Part shown: positions 24,501 through 31,979 of the stretch, one piece after another
Numbering within the stretch: position 1 is the stretch's first letter
Layout: the number at the start of each line of letters is the position of its first letter
Source of the DNA: Pseudomonadota bacterium
GTDB lineage: Bacteria; Desulfobacterota; Anaeroferrophillalia; Anaeroferrophillales; Tharpellaceae
Direction: 5' to 3'
DNA: 55,787 nt
Assembly (NCBI GenBank): GCA_034659215.1
Contig: JAYEGS010000057.1
Location: forward strand, 1-55,787
Made by a program: the position numbers and the translations under genes
Notes under the pieces: model-generated
What the model was told of the DNA's origin: nothing
The model's input: the letters and a program-made list of their open reading frames with translations, nothing else
Databases searched by the model: none

Positions 24501-24665
24501 ACCCGGGTTATGAAACGCATTGCCGCGCCTATGGTTGGCGGGCTGGTTAGCTCGACCATTCTAACCCTGGTAATCCTGCCGGCGGTTTACCTTATCTGGA
24601 AACGCTGGATTGATCGCTACGACCTGATCCCGGCAAGTCACCTCATAACGGACTCTAAGGAATAG
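21504..24665 (+). CDS. Heavy-metal efflux RND pump, CusA/CzcA family
   Basis: 1053 aa with 12-TM RND topology. Conserved N-terminus IIESSVRNRFFV, EFMPPLNEGDLLYMP, and the C-terminal half typical of the HME-RND family. Confidence 0.95.
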   Translation: MIKWIIESSVRNRFFVIIITGFVIAAGLWAMWNTPVDAIPDLSDVQVIIFTEYPGQSPQVVEDQVTYPLTTAMLSVPYAKTVRGYSFFGFSMTYIIFADGTDLYWARSRVLEYLNFVQRRLPQGVTPQLGPDATGVGWVYMYALASDQHDLQQLRSIQDWYLRYELMALSGVAEVASAGGYVKQYQVAVDPEKLRAYGLSLQHVNMAIKRSNMDVGGRLLEMGETEFMVRGKGYITSIEDLEVVPVGIDSDTHTPIMLAQVANIQIGPEIRRGIIELNGEGEAVAGIIIVRFGENALEVIKRVKVRLEELQEGLPEGVEIHTAYDRSNLILRAIDTLKNKLTEELIVVALVIMLFLLHFRSALVAIFTLPVGILISFIIMRLLGMNANIMSLGGIAIAIGVMVDASVVMVENLHKHKERDHRLSQLDVVIRASHEVGPALFFSLLIVTISFLPVFTLQQQEGRLFTPLAYTKTFAMGASAILAITIVPVLMYYFVRGKVISEKRNPLSRFFVWLYRPVVRTVLRFPVATVLIAVAITVATWFPFSNLGSEFMPPLNEGDLLYMPTTLPGISITKAKELLQQTDKIIAAHPQVAHVLGKIGRAETATDPAPLSMIETTIILKPEATWPKGKVIEDIIKELDNMVQFPGLTNAWTMPIKTRIDMLATGIKTPVGIKLMGPDLAELSAVGEKIEALVSQLPDTLSAYAERVVGGNFIDVNIRRGDAARFGLTVGDVQDVIKSAIGGMNVSFTVEGLERYPINLRYPRELRSDLESLKRVAVPTPLGHAVPLGHAVPLVQVADITISKGAAAIKSENARRTAWIYVDLKTSDVGGYVKRAQQVVAEQIKLPPGVSIVWSGQFEYMERANRRLLVVVPLTLAIIFLLLYIHFRSLTESLIVMLTLPFALVGGIWLLVLFEYNLSVAVAVGFIALAGLAAETGIVMLVYLDGTYERRKSEGRLKSIADLKSAIIEGAVDRVRPKLMTVATTTLGLLPIMFGTETGTRVMKRIAAPMVGGLVSSTILTLVILPAVYLIWKRWIDRYDLIPASHLITDSKE
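23843..23878 (+). repeat. In-frame 18-bp tandem duplication inside the RND pump gene
   Basis: GCCGCTGGGGCACGCCGT occurs twice back to back, with a partial third copy following. This encodes PLGHAVPLGHAVPL. Confidence 0.85.
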
Positions 24666-24677
24666 TTTCTGCAAAAT

Positions 24678-24756
24678 CAGTAGTGTCCGGTTTGCTCATT
24701 GCAACCCGATATCCCTAGATTTTTTTGCAAAGTAAGTTGCTAGCCGGACAGTACTG
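24678..24756 (+). mobile_element. MITE-like element, family B, copy 1 (79 bp) with 9-bp direct flanks
   Basis: Inverted ends CAGTAGTGTCCGGTTTGC ... GCTAGCCGGACAGTACTG. Flanked on both sides by CTGCAAAAT (24669-24677 and 24757-24765). About 88% identical to 52820-52897. Confidence 0.75.
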
Positions 24757-24942
24757 CTGCAAAATAGAGATAATAGTATGTGATTAGGACTTAAATAGTC
24801 TGGAGAAAGTTTGTTGTAATTGTTTTATCCTTGCAATTTTCGGGCTGATGTATTATCCCGGCGCTTCTAAATGGTATTGACATGAATTATTTTGCCGAGA
24901 TCCTTAAGAAGGGGGCCGGTCTCATTTACGAGGAAATCAAGT

Positions 24943-25569
24943 ATGATTATTGAAACAATTGTTGTTGGACCGTTGCAGGTAAATTGTTATCTGGTTGGTT
25001 GTGAGAAGAGCCGGGTGGCGGCGGTTATTGATCCCGGTGATGATGTTGAACGTATTATTGAGGGCCTGAAAAAGGCCGATCTCAAGGCGGCATACATTAT
25101 TAATACACATGAGCATTTTGATCATGTGGGGGGTAATAAGCGGTTGCATGAAGCTACCGGGGCGCAGATTCTAGCTCATGGAGCGGGTGCCGAGGAGATT
25201 ACCAATATCTCCAGTCGCGCGCTTTTGTGGGGCATGCAAGCCGAAGATTCTCCGCCGGTTGATCGCCTGCTCAAAGATGGAGATCTGGTGAATATCGGTG
25301 AGACGGTTACGTTGAAAGTTCTTTCAACTCCGGGCCACTCACTGGGTTCAATCTCTCTGGCGGGTGAAAAGGTTGCTTTTGTCGGGGATTTGATTTTTGC
25401 CGGTTCAATCGGGAGAACCGATTTCCCGGGCGGGGATTACGAGACTTTGATCAGATCGGTCAGAGAGAAGATCTTTCCCTTGGGCGATGATGTGGTTCTC
25501 TATTCCGGACATGGGCCTGCAACGACCGTTGGCCGGGAACAGGCCACGAATCCGTTTTTTGCCTCCTAG
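24943..25569 (+). CDS. MBL-fold metallo-hydrolase (glyoxalase II-like)
   Basis: THEHFDHVGG (HxHxDH), TPGHSLGS, and GRTDFPGGDYETL, typical of the short YcbL/GloB-like group. ATG 24943 with GAGGAA upstream. Confidence 0.85.
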   Translation: MIIETIVVGPLQVNCYLVGCEKSRVAAVIDPGDDVERIIEGLKKADLKAAYIINTHEHFDHVGGNKRLHEATGAQILAHGAGAEEITNISSRALLWGMQAEDSPPVDRLLKDGDLVNIGETVTLKVLSTPGHSLGSISLAGEKVAFVGDLIFAGSIGRTDFPGGDYETLIRSVREKIFPLGDDVVLYSGHGPATTVGREQATNPFFAS

Positions 25570-25579
25570 GTCATTTGTA

Positions 25580-26296
25580 TTGAATTCTGCAACAATTCTG
25601 ACCGACGGGCTGGAAGAGATTCTGGGGTACACGTTCCAGGATCGCGAGCTCTTGCTGCAAACCCTGACCCATAAATCATATGTCAATGAGAATCGCCATA
25701 AGGACGGGGGTGGTGATCTGCTTGATAATGAACGCCTTGAGTTTCTCGGCGATGCTGTTTTAGAGTTGATGGTTAGTGAAACTCTCTATGCTCAGTTTCC
25801 AGCCAAACCCGAAGGCGAGCTCAGTCGGATGCGGTCTCAAATCGTTAATACTGAAGCTCTGGCCCGTTTTTCCGGAAAGTTGGGATTAGGAAATTTTCTT
25901 CGCCTCGGGCGGGGAGAAGGAAAGTCGGGAGGTCGTCAGCGAACCTCATTACTGGCGGATGCTTTCGAGGCCCTGTTGGCAGCTCTCTATTTGGATGGTG
26001 CAACCGCAGTTTTGCAAGGATTGGTAAAGGAGCTGGTGAGCCGGGAACTGAATTCCTTGCGGGTCGACTATAAGTCGCAGCTTCAGGAGAGGCTTCAGGA
26101 AGAGGGCGGCACCCTTCCGGTCTATGAGTTGGTAGCGCGTCAGGGGGCTGATCATCAGCCTCTTTTTTTTATTGAAGTGCGAAATGGATGCGGTTCTCTT
26201 CTCGGATCCGGTAGTGGCCCTTCACGTAAAAACGCAGAGCAGAGAGCGGCTGGTGATGCTCTGCAAAAATTACAAGATGTGGGAAAAAAATATTGA
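25580..26296 (+). CDS. rnc: Ribonuclease III
   Basis: LGYTFQDRELLLQTLTHKSY, the signature ERLEFLGDAVLEL, and a C-terminal dsRBD (GADHQPLFFIEV...KNAEQRAAGDAL). The start is uncertain. I chose the TTG at 25580 because the longer listed ORF overlaps the preceding gene. Confidence 0.85.
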   Translation: MNSATILTDGLEEILGYTFQDRELLLQTLTHKSYVNENRHKDGGGDLLDNERLEFLGDAVLELMVSETLYAQFPAKPEGELSRMRSQIVNTEALARFSGKLGLGNFLRLGRGEGKSGGRQRTSLLADAFEALLAALYLDGATAVLQGLVKELVSRELNSLRVDYKSQLQERLQEEGGTLPVYELVARQGADHQPLFFIEVRNGCGSLLGSGSGPSRKNAEQRAAGDALQKLQDVGKKY

Positions 26297-26357
26297 CACG
26301 GTCGTGATAGTTATGATAAACGGGTCAGCCTTGTTTTCTTGAGGGGTGCAACCTGAT

Positions 26358-26433
26358 GCTGGCGTAGCTCAACTGGAAGAGCAGCTGACTTGTAATCAGC
26401 AGGTTGCGGGTTCGAGTCCCATCGCCAGCTCCA
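26358..26433 (+). tRNA. tRNA-Thr (anticodon TGT)
   Basis: Cloverleaf folded by hand. Acceptor GCTGGCG/CGCCAGC, anticodon stem GCTGA/TCAGC with loop CTTGTAA, TTCGAGT T-loop, encoded CCA. One C-A mismatch in the T stem. Confidence 0.85.
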
Positions 26434-26468
26434 CTGAAAATAAAGAGTATTTGAAAAAAAGAGTATCT

Positions 26469-26553
26469 GGAGAGGTTCCCGAGTGGTCAAAGGGAACAGA
26501 CTGTAAATCTGTCGGCAGAGCCTTCGGAGGTTCAAATCCTCCCCTCTCCACCA
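26469..26553 (+). tRNA. tRNA-Tyr (anticodon GTA), long variable arm
   Basis: Acceptor GGAGAGG/CCTCTCC, anticodon loop CTGTAAA, T arm GGAGG-TTCAAAT-CCTCC, encoded CCA. Confidence 0.9.
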
Positions 26554-26586
26554 TTTACGAAGCTTAGATAAACGCATCTTTTTTAG

Positions 26587-26663
26587 GCGGGAATAGCTCA
26601 GTTGGCTAGAGCGTCAGCCTTCCAAGCTGAGGGTCGCGGGTTCGAGTCCCGTTTCCCGCTCCA
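26587..26663 (+). tRNA. tRNA-Gly (anticodon TCC)
   Basis: Acceptor GCGGGAA/TTCCCGC, anticodon stem TCAGC/GCTGA with loop CTTCCAA, TTCGAGT T-loop, encoded CCA. Confidence 0.9.
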
Positions 26664-26707
26664 TTCCAAGTGCGAAATAATTTGGAATATCTGCCGAGGC
26701 GGATTAG

Positions 26708-26782
26708 GCCCACGTAGCTCAGTGGTGGAGCACTTCCTTGGTAAGGAAGAGGTCATCGGTTCAATCCCGATCGTGGGCTCCA
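26708..26782 (+). tRNA. tRNA-Thr (anticodon GGT)
   Basis: Acceptor GCCCACG/CGTGGGC, anticodon stem CTTCC/GGAAG with loop TTGGTAA, T arm ATCGG-TTCAATC-CCGAT, encoded CCA. Confidence 0.9.
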
Positions 26783-26865
26783 TCAAGATGTTTGCTGGTA
26801 GTTTGATGATTTGATAGATCCATAGCAACATAAGAATATAAGACCAAAGAGAGGAGATTAAGGAA

Positions 26866-28062
26866 ATGGCAAAGGAAAAATTTGAGCGCACCAAGCCTCA
26901 CGTTAATGTTGGCACGATTGGCCATGTTGACCACGGAAAAACTACTCTGACAGCGGCCATTACCAAGGTTCTGGCTCTCAAAGGTCAGGCTGCTTATACC
27001 GCTTTTGATGAAATCGATAAAGCTCCGGAAGAGAGAGAGCGCGGAATTACGATTGCCACGGCTCATGTTGAGTACGAAACCGAGAATCGTCACTATGCTC
27101 ATGTTGACTGTCCGGGCCATGCTGACTATGTCAAAAACATGATTACCGGGGCGGCCCAGATGGATGGTGCTATTCTGGTGGTCAGTGCGGCTGACGGCCC
27201 GATGCCGCAGACCCGTGAACATATCCTGCTCGCCCGCCAGGTCGGAGTTCCTTATATCGTTGTCTTTTTAAACAAAGCCGATATGGTTGATGATGATGAA
27301 CTTCTCGAACTGGTTGAGATGGAAGTTCGTGAGTTGCTCTCCGATTATGATTTCCCGGGAGATGATATTCCGATAATTACCGGCAGCGCCTTGAAAGCTC
27401 TTGAGAGCGATGGCCCTGGCGATTGTGAAGAGTGGAAATGCATTGGCGAACTGATGGATGCGGTTGATAGCTATATTCCGACTCCTGAACGTGAAGTCGA
27501 TAAACCTTTCCTGATGCCGGTTGAAGATGTTTTCAGTATCTCCGGGCGCGGTACGGTTGCTACCGGTCGGATTGAGCGCGGTATTATCAAGGTTAGTGAA
27601 GAGGTCGAAATTGTTGGTATCCGCGATACTGATAAGACGGTCTGCACCGGAGTTGAGATGTTTCGCAAATTGCTCGATCAGGGGCAGGCCGGTGATAATG
27701 TCGGAATTCTTTTACGCGGTAAAAAGCGTGAAGAGATTGTTCGCGGCCAGGTTTTGGCGGCCCCGGGCAGCATTACTCCGCATACCAAGTTTAAAGCGGA
27801 GGTCTACATCCTGACTAAAGAAGAGGGCGGTCGTCACACTCCGTTCTTTAAAGGTTACCGTCCTCAGTTCTATTTCCGGACAACCGATGTTACGGGTACG
27901 GTTGAACTGCCGGAAGGTGTCGAGATGGTAATGCCGGGCGATAATATCACGGTTGTCGGTGAATTGATTACCCCGATTGCCATGGAAAAAGAGTTACGTT
28001 TCGCAATTCGCGAAGGCGGCCGCACAGTTGGTGCCGGCGTTGTCAGCGAAGTTATTGAATAG
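26866..28062 (+). CDS. tuf: Elongation factor Tu
   Basis: [28 protein letters not shown]..., [14 protein letters not shown]. Unmistakable EF-Tu in the classic tRNA-tuf-rpmG-secE-nusG context. Confidence 0.98.
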   Translation: MAKEKFERTKPHVNVGTIGHVDHGKTTLTAAITKVLALKGQAAYTAFDEIDKAPEERERGITIATAHVEYETENRHYAHVDCPGHADYVKNMITGAAQMDGAILVVSAADGPMPQTREHILLARQVGVPYIVVFLNKADMVDDDELLELVEMEVRELLSDYDFPGDDIPIITGSALKALESDGPGDCEEWKCIGELMDAVDSYIPTPEREVDKPFLMPVEDVFSISGRGTVATGRIERGIIKVSEEVEIVGIRDTDKTVCTGVEMFRKLLDQGQAGDNVGILLRGKKREEIVRGQVLAAPGSITPHTKFKAEVYILTKEEGGRHTPFFKGYRPQFYFRTTDVTGTVELPEGVEMVMPGDNITVVGELITPIAMEKELRFAIREGGRTVGAGVVSEVIE

Positions 28063-28091
28063 CGATACGCTGTTTAAGTAGATAGTTTATT

Positions 28092-28146
28092 AGACGAAGC
28101 CAGGGAGGGGTGAAGAGAAATCCTGATCTGGCTTCGGTCTGTTTTA
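28092..28146 (+). terminator. Possible intrinsic terminator after tuf
   Basis: AGACGAAGCCAG ... CTGGCTTCGGTCT (one bulge, 24-nt loop) followed by GTTTTA. Confidence 0.4.
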
Positions 28147-28191
28147 TAGATAATTCTTCAGATATGTGAAAGGCTAGGTTGTAAAATAGCT

Positions 28192-28341
28192 ATGAGAGAT
28201 AAAGTGATACTTGCTTGCGGGCAGTGTAAAAGAAGAAATTATACAACAAAGAAAAATAAAAAGAATACCCCTGACAAGCTGGAGTTCAAGAAATATTGCC
28301 GTTTTTGTCAGACCCATACACCTCATAAAGAGACCAAATAG
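28192..28341 (+). CDS. rpmG: 50S ribosomal protein L33
   Basis: I translated this by hand because it is below the ORF-track cutoff: [49 protein letters not shown]. It has the Cys4 zinc-ribbon form of L33 and sits in the canonical position. Confidence 0.9.
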   Translation: MRDKVILACGQCKRRNYTTKKNKKNTPDKLEFKKYCRFCQTHTPHKETK

Positions 28342-28388
28342 CTCCTTTTATTTGGACTTGATTTTTACTGCAACAAAAGCACGATTGT

Positions 28389-28465
28389 AGGCCAGTAGCT
28401 CTAATGGCTAGAGCACCGGACTCCAAATCCGGGTGTTGGGGGTTCGAATCCCTCCTGGCCTGCCA
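28389..28465 (+). tRNA. tRNA-Trp (anticodon CCA)
   Basis: Acceptor AGGCCAG/CTGGCCT, anticodon stem CCGGA/TCCGG with loop CTCCAAA, TTCGAAT T-loop, encoded CCA. Confidence 0.9.
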
Positions 28466-28497
28466 GCAATATTAAATTTTATGATAAACAGTGAAAT

Positions 28498-28719
28498 GTG
28501 GGAGGCCGAATCTTGGCGGCTATAAAAGAGAATATTGCCGAATTGAGTCAATACCTTAAAGACTCAAAAGGTGAAATGAAGAAGGTTACATGGCCTGGAC
28601 GTAAGGCTACGATCGGTCTCACTTGGGTTGTACTTCTTGTGGTTTTGGTTATCTCTCTTTATCTCGGAATTGTTGATCTGGGATTGTCTAAACTGGTTAA
28701 GTTGATTCTTTCGGTTTAA
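28498..28719 (+). CDS. secE: Preprotein translocase subunit SecE
   Basis: EMKKVTWPGRKATIGLTWVVLLVVLVISLYLGIVD is the SecE signature plus a single TM. The position before nusG fits. The exact start (GTG 28498) is uncertain. Confidence 0.85.
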   Translation: MGGRILAAIKENIAELSQYLKDSKGEMKKVTWPGRKATIGLTWVVLLVVLVISLYLGIVDLGLSKLVKLILSV

Positions 28720-28768
28720 GTTGACGACCAATAAAAATATGAAAGTGAGAGGGTTGACAGGGTAAGTT

Positions 28769-29311
28769 ATGGCGATGAAATGGTATGTGATACATGCTTA
28801 CTCCGGCTACGAGAACAGAGTTAAATTGACCTTGGAGGAGAGAATCAGACGTTACGGGCTCGAAGATATGTTCGAGGAGGTCGTGGTTCCAACCGAACAG
28901 GTCGTGGAGATGGTCAAGGGTAAGCGTCGTACTTCACAAAGAAAGTTTTTCCCCGGTTATGTCCTGGTCAAAATGGAGATGACCGAAGAGACTTGGCATT
29001 TAGTCAAAGGTACAGCTAAAGTAACCGGCTTTGTTGGAGGTGGTGAGCGAGTTGAAGCGACCAGATCAATCTCCGAAAGTGAAGCGAACAGTCTCCTTGA
29101 TCGCATAGCTGAAGGTGAGATGCGGCCCCAGCCTAAAGTCCTGTTTGATGAGGGCGAGAACGTTAGGGTGTTGGAAGGGCCTTTTGCCAATTTTACCGGT
29201 ACCGTTGATGAAGTCAATCTCGAAAAAGGTAAGGTTCGGGTTCTCGTTAGTATTTTTGGTCGGCCGACGCCGATAGAAATTGAGTACGGTCAACTTGAAA
29301 AGATAAGTTGA
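28769..29311 (+). CDS. nusG: Transcription termination/antitermination factor NusG
   Basis: KWYVIHAYSGYENRV..., FPGYVLVKM, and the C-terminal KOW motif (GPFANFTGTVDEVN...KVRVLVSIFGR). Confidence 0.95.
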   Translation: MAMKWYVIHAYSGYENRVKLTLEERIRRYGLEDMFEEVVVPTEQVVEMVKGKRRTSQRKFFPGYVLVKMEMTEETWHLVKGTAKVTGFVGGGERVEATRSISESEANSLLDRIAEGEMRPQPKVLFDEGENVRVLEGPFANFTGTVDEVNLEKGKVRVLVSIFGRPTPIEIEYGQLEKIS

Positions 29312-29406
29312 TATTATTTCAAAAATTCGAAAAGATAACAATATAATCCACTGGTGGCAGACAGCAGATGACTGTTTGCTTGACAGGGATTGCAGGAGAA
29401 TTAAGG

Positions 29407-29829
29407 ATGGCAAAAAAAATTGTAGGTCTGATCAAACTGCAGATACCGGCCGGACAAGCTAACCCCTCGCCACCGGTAGGCCCGGCCTTGGGACAGCATG
29501 GCGTTAATATCATGGAGTTTTGTAAGGCCTTTAACGCCAAGACTGATAGTCAACAGGGAATGATTATTCCCGTAGTCATATCGGTCTACGCTGATCGTAG
29601 CTTTAGTTTTATTACTAAAACACCACCTGCGGCGGTCTTGTTGAAGAAGGCTGCGAAAATTGAAAAAGGTTCCGGTGTTCCAAACAAAACTAAAGTTGGA
29701 ACTGTGACTCAAGCCCAGGTTAAGGAAATTGCCGAGCTCAAGATGGTTGATTTGAACGCTAACGATATTGATGCAGCCAGTCTCATTATTGCCGGGACTG
29801 CGCGGAGTATGGGCATCGTTGTAGAGTAA
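29407..29829 (+). CDS. rplK: 50S ribosomal protein L11
   Basis: [43 protein letters not shown]. The ATG at 29407 gives the canonical N-terminus. Confidence 0.97.
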   Translation: MAKKIVGLIKLQIPAGQANPSPPVGPALGQHGVNIMEFCKAFNAKTDSQQGMIIPVVISVYADRSFSFITKTPPAAVLLKKAAKIEKGSGVPNKTKVGTVTQAQVKEIAELKMVDLNANDIDAASLIIAGTARSMGIVVE

Positions 29830-29846
29830 GAACTTGTGAGGGAAGA

Positions 29847-30536
29847 ATGGCTAAAAGTGGAAAGAATTATCTCGCTAATCGGGCCAAAGTCGATTCTGAG
29901 AAGAAATATTCTTTAGTTGAAGCGGTGGAATTGCTGAAATCGTTTGCATCGAAAAAATTTGACGAGAGTATTGATGTTGCGGTTCGTTTGGGAGTTGATC
30001 CCCGGCATGCGGATCAGATGGTTCGCGGGGCGGTGGTTTTACCTCATGGTACCGGCAAGAGTGCTCGGGTAGTCGTTTTCGCCAAGGGTGAAAAAGAGCT
30101 TGAAGCTCGTGATGCCGGAGCGGATTTTGTTGGCGGAGATGAATTAGCTAAGAAGATTACTGATGGCTGGCTCGATTTTGACAAAGCCGTAGCGACTCCG
30201 GATATGATGGGCGTGGTTGGTAAACTTGGTCGTGTTCTTGGACCTCGAGGTCTAATGCCGAACCCTAAAGTTGGGACTGTGACCTTTGAAGTGGCTCGCG
30301 CGGTTAAAGAAATTAAAGCCGGTAAGGTTGATTTCAGGGTTGAAAAGGCGGGCATTGTCCATGCTCCGGTTGGACGTATCTCATTTTCCGCCGAAAAGTT
30401 GCAGGAAAATATTACCACGCTGATCGAGACCTTAAATCGTTTGAAGCCTGCTTCAAGCAAAGGTAACTATATGCGAGGGTTTACGCTTTCCTCGACCATG
30501 GGTCCGGGGATCAGGGTAGACATAAACAGTCTGTAG
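29847..30536 (+). CDS. rplA: 50S ribosomal protein L1
   Basis: MAKSGKNY...[23 protein letters not shown]..., 229 aa, in the canonical position. Confidence 0.97.
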   Translation: MAKSGKNYLANRAKVDSEKKYSLVEAVELLKSFASKKFDESIDVAVRLGVDPRHADQMVRGAVVLPHGTGKSARVVVFAKGEKELEARDAGADFVGGDELAKKITDGWLDFDKAVATPDMMGVVGKLGRVLGPRGLMPNPKVGTVTFEVARAVKEIKAGKVDFRVEKAGIVHAPVGRISFSAEKLQENITTLIETLNRLKPASSKGNYMRGFTLSSTMGPGIRVDINSL

Positions 30537-30783
30537 ATATAATTGCATTTTATCAAAGTTAATTATTGACATACTCTATAATAAACTTAAGAATTTTTAA
30601 AAGAGTTTATTAGGAAGGTGTCATTCATTAGGATTTATGAGCTGAAGACCGTGGGTAGCCTGATTTATCAGGAGATAAGATCCCGCCGAGGCCGTCTGAC
30701 TTATTGGTTTTTACCGGAAGTCTGATATTAGTATGAGCTCATTTGCCTTTTGACAATTTTTTTTAACAAGGAGGTGAAAAAAG
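30537..30783 (+). promoter_or_regulatory. rplJ 5' leader region (internal promoter and possible L10-L12 autoregulatory leader)
   Basis: A 247-nt untranslated gap lies between rplA and rplJ. It contains TTGACA (about 30567) and GC-rich pairing segments at 30640-30720. By analogy, L10 operons commonly carry a structured leader. I did not fold it. Confidence 0.3.
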
Positions 30784-31314
30784 GTGAATAGAGCGGAAAA
30801 GCAGACCCAGATTGATGGGCTGACAGCGAAATTCAGTGATGCGCAAGCTGCTTTTCTGACCGATTATCGCGGATTAGATGTCGAAAAGATTACTGCCTTA
30901 AGAACCCAGTTACGGGAAAAAGAGACAGAGTATCGTGTGGTTAAGAATACTCTGGCCCGGATTGCTGCTAAAGCAACCGGTAATGAAGCCCTGGTAGATC
31001 ATCTTAAGGGACCCAGTGCCTTAGCTCTGGTTTACGGAGATCCTGCGGCTGCGGCAAAAGTATTAGTCGAGTTTGCCAAGAAAGAGGATGCCCTCGAAGT
31101 TATGGGTGGAGTACTTGACGGCAATTATCTTGACAATGATACCCTTAAACGATTGGCTGAATTACCCAGTAAAGATGTTATGCGGGCAACTCTGCTTGGC
31201 ACCATGAATGCAGTACCGGGTGGATTTGTCAATGTTTTGAGTGCGGTTACGCGTTCGGCAGTACAGGTATTAAACGCGATAAAAGAGCAGAAAGAGCAAA
31301 ATCAAGAAGCCTAG
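30784..31314 (+). CDS. rplJ: 50S ribosomal protein L10
   Basis: GTG start with AAGGAGGTG upstream. ...FLTDYRGLDVEKITALR...YRVVKNTLA... Confidence 0.95.
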   Translation: MNRAEKQTQIDGLTAKFSDAQAAFLTDYRGLDVEKITALRTQLREKETEYRVVKNTLARIAAKATGNEALVDHLKGPSALALVYGDPAAAAKVLVEFAKKEDALEVMGGVLDGNYLDNDTLKRLAELPSKDVMRATLLGTMNAVPGGFVNVLSAVTRSAVQVLNAIKEQKEQNQEA

Positions 31315-31395
31315 CCGACGTTACGTTTTGTTGGGAAAACATACTAATTATTGAAAAAGACTTTAAGAGTCAGATTTATTAAGGAGTTTTAGATT

Positions 31396-31773
31396 ATGTC
31401 AGTTACCAAAGAAGATGTCATCCAGTTTATTGAAAATATGTCAGTTCTTGAGCTTTCCGAGCTCGTAAAGGAACTCGAAGAAAAATTCGGCGTATCCGCA
31501 GCCGCTCCGATGGCCGTTGCGGCCATGCCGGCTGCCGGTGGGGAAGCTGCTGCCGCTGAGCAGACCGAGTTTGATGTTGTGCTTGTCTCTTTCGGCGAAA
31601 AGAAAATTCAGGTTATCAAAACGGTTCGTGAAATTACCGGACTTGGTTTGAAAGAAGCCAAGGCTGAGGTCGAAGGCGCCCCGAAAGCAATTAAAGAGGG
31701 CATCAGTAAAGATGAAGCTCAAGAGTTGGTCAAAAAACTTGAAGAAGCCGGAGCTACTGCCGAGGTTAAGTAA
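31396..31773 (+). CDS. rplL: 50S ribosomal protein L7/L12
   Basis: [33 protein letters not shown], an Ala-rich hinge, and [15 protein letters not shown]... Confidence 0.97.
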   Translation: MSVTKEDVIQFIENMSVLELSELVKELEEKFGVSAAAPMAVAAMPAAGGEAAAAEQTEFDVVLVSFGEKKIQVIKTVREITGLGLKEAKAEVEGAPKAIKEGISKDEAQELVKKLEEAGATAEVK

Positions 31774-31816
31774 TTTGAAGATGATAAATGTTAAGCGTTT
31801 GTAACTGCTTTGAAAC

Positions 31817-31860
31817 GTAAGGGATAGGGTTAAAAGACCCTATCCCTTACGTTGTTTTTT
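31817..31860 (+). terminator. Intrinsic terminator/attenuator between rplL and rpoB
   Basis: GTAAGGGATAGGGT taaaaga CCCTATCCCTTAC followed by GTTGTTTTTT. Confidence 0.8.
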
Positions 31861-31979
31861 GTGCCAGAGAGTTTAGTCGGCTCACTAGGACAGATTCCTG
31901 GTGGCCGCCAACCCTTCCCATCCCCTTACAACTAGTTCATCAAATACTAACTAATTTTTTAAAAAGAGGTTAATGTTCT

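Noticed and set aside
21027-24559. Antisense or alternate-frame ORFs in the efflux operon (e.g. 21393-21680, 21969-22466, 22472-22747, 23820-24074)
   Set aside because: Same reasoning: they sit inside well supported cusB/cusA coding sequence.
26293-26330. Sigma-70 promoter for the tRNA-tuf cluster using the TTGACA that overlaps the rnc stop
   Set aside because: No acceptable -10 hexamer lies at 16-18 nt; the best is ATAAAC. I left it uncalled.
26311-27222. ORFs 26311-26577(-), 26346-26567(+), 26598-26894(-), 26602-26814(+) and 26761-27222(-)
   Set aside because: They run across the four tRNA genes or antisense to the start of tuf. They are artefacts of open frames over structural RNA.
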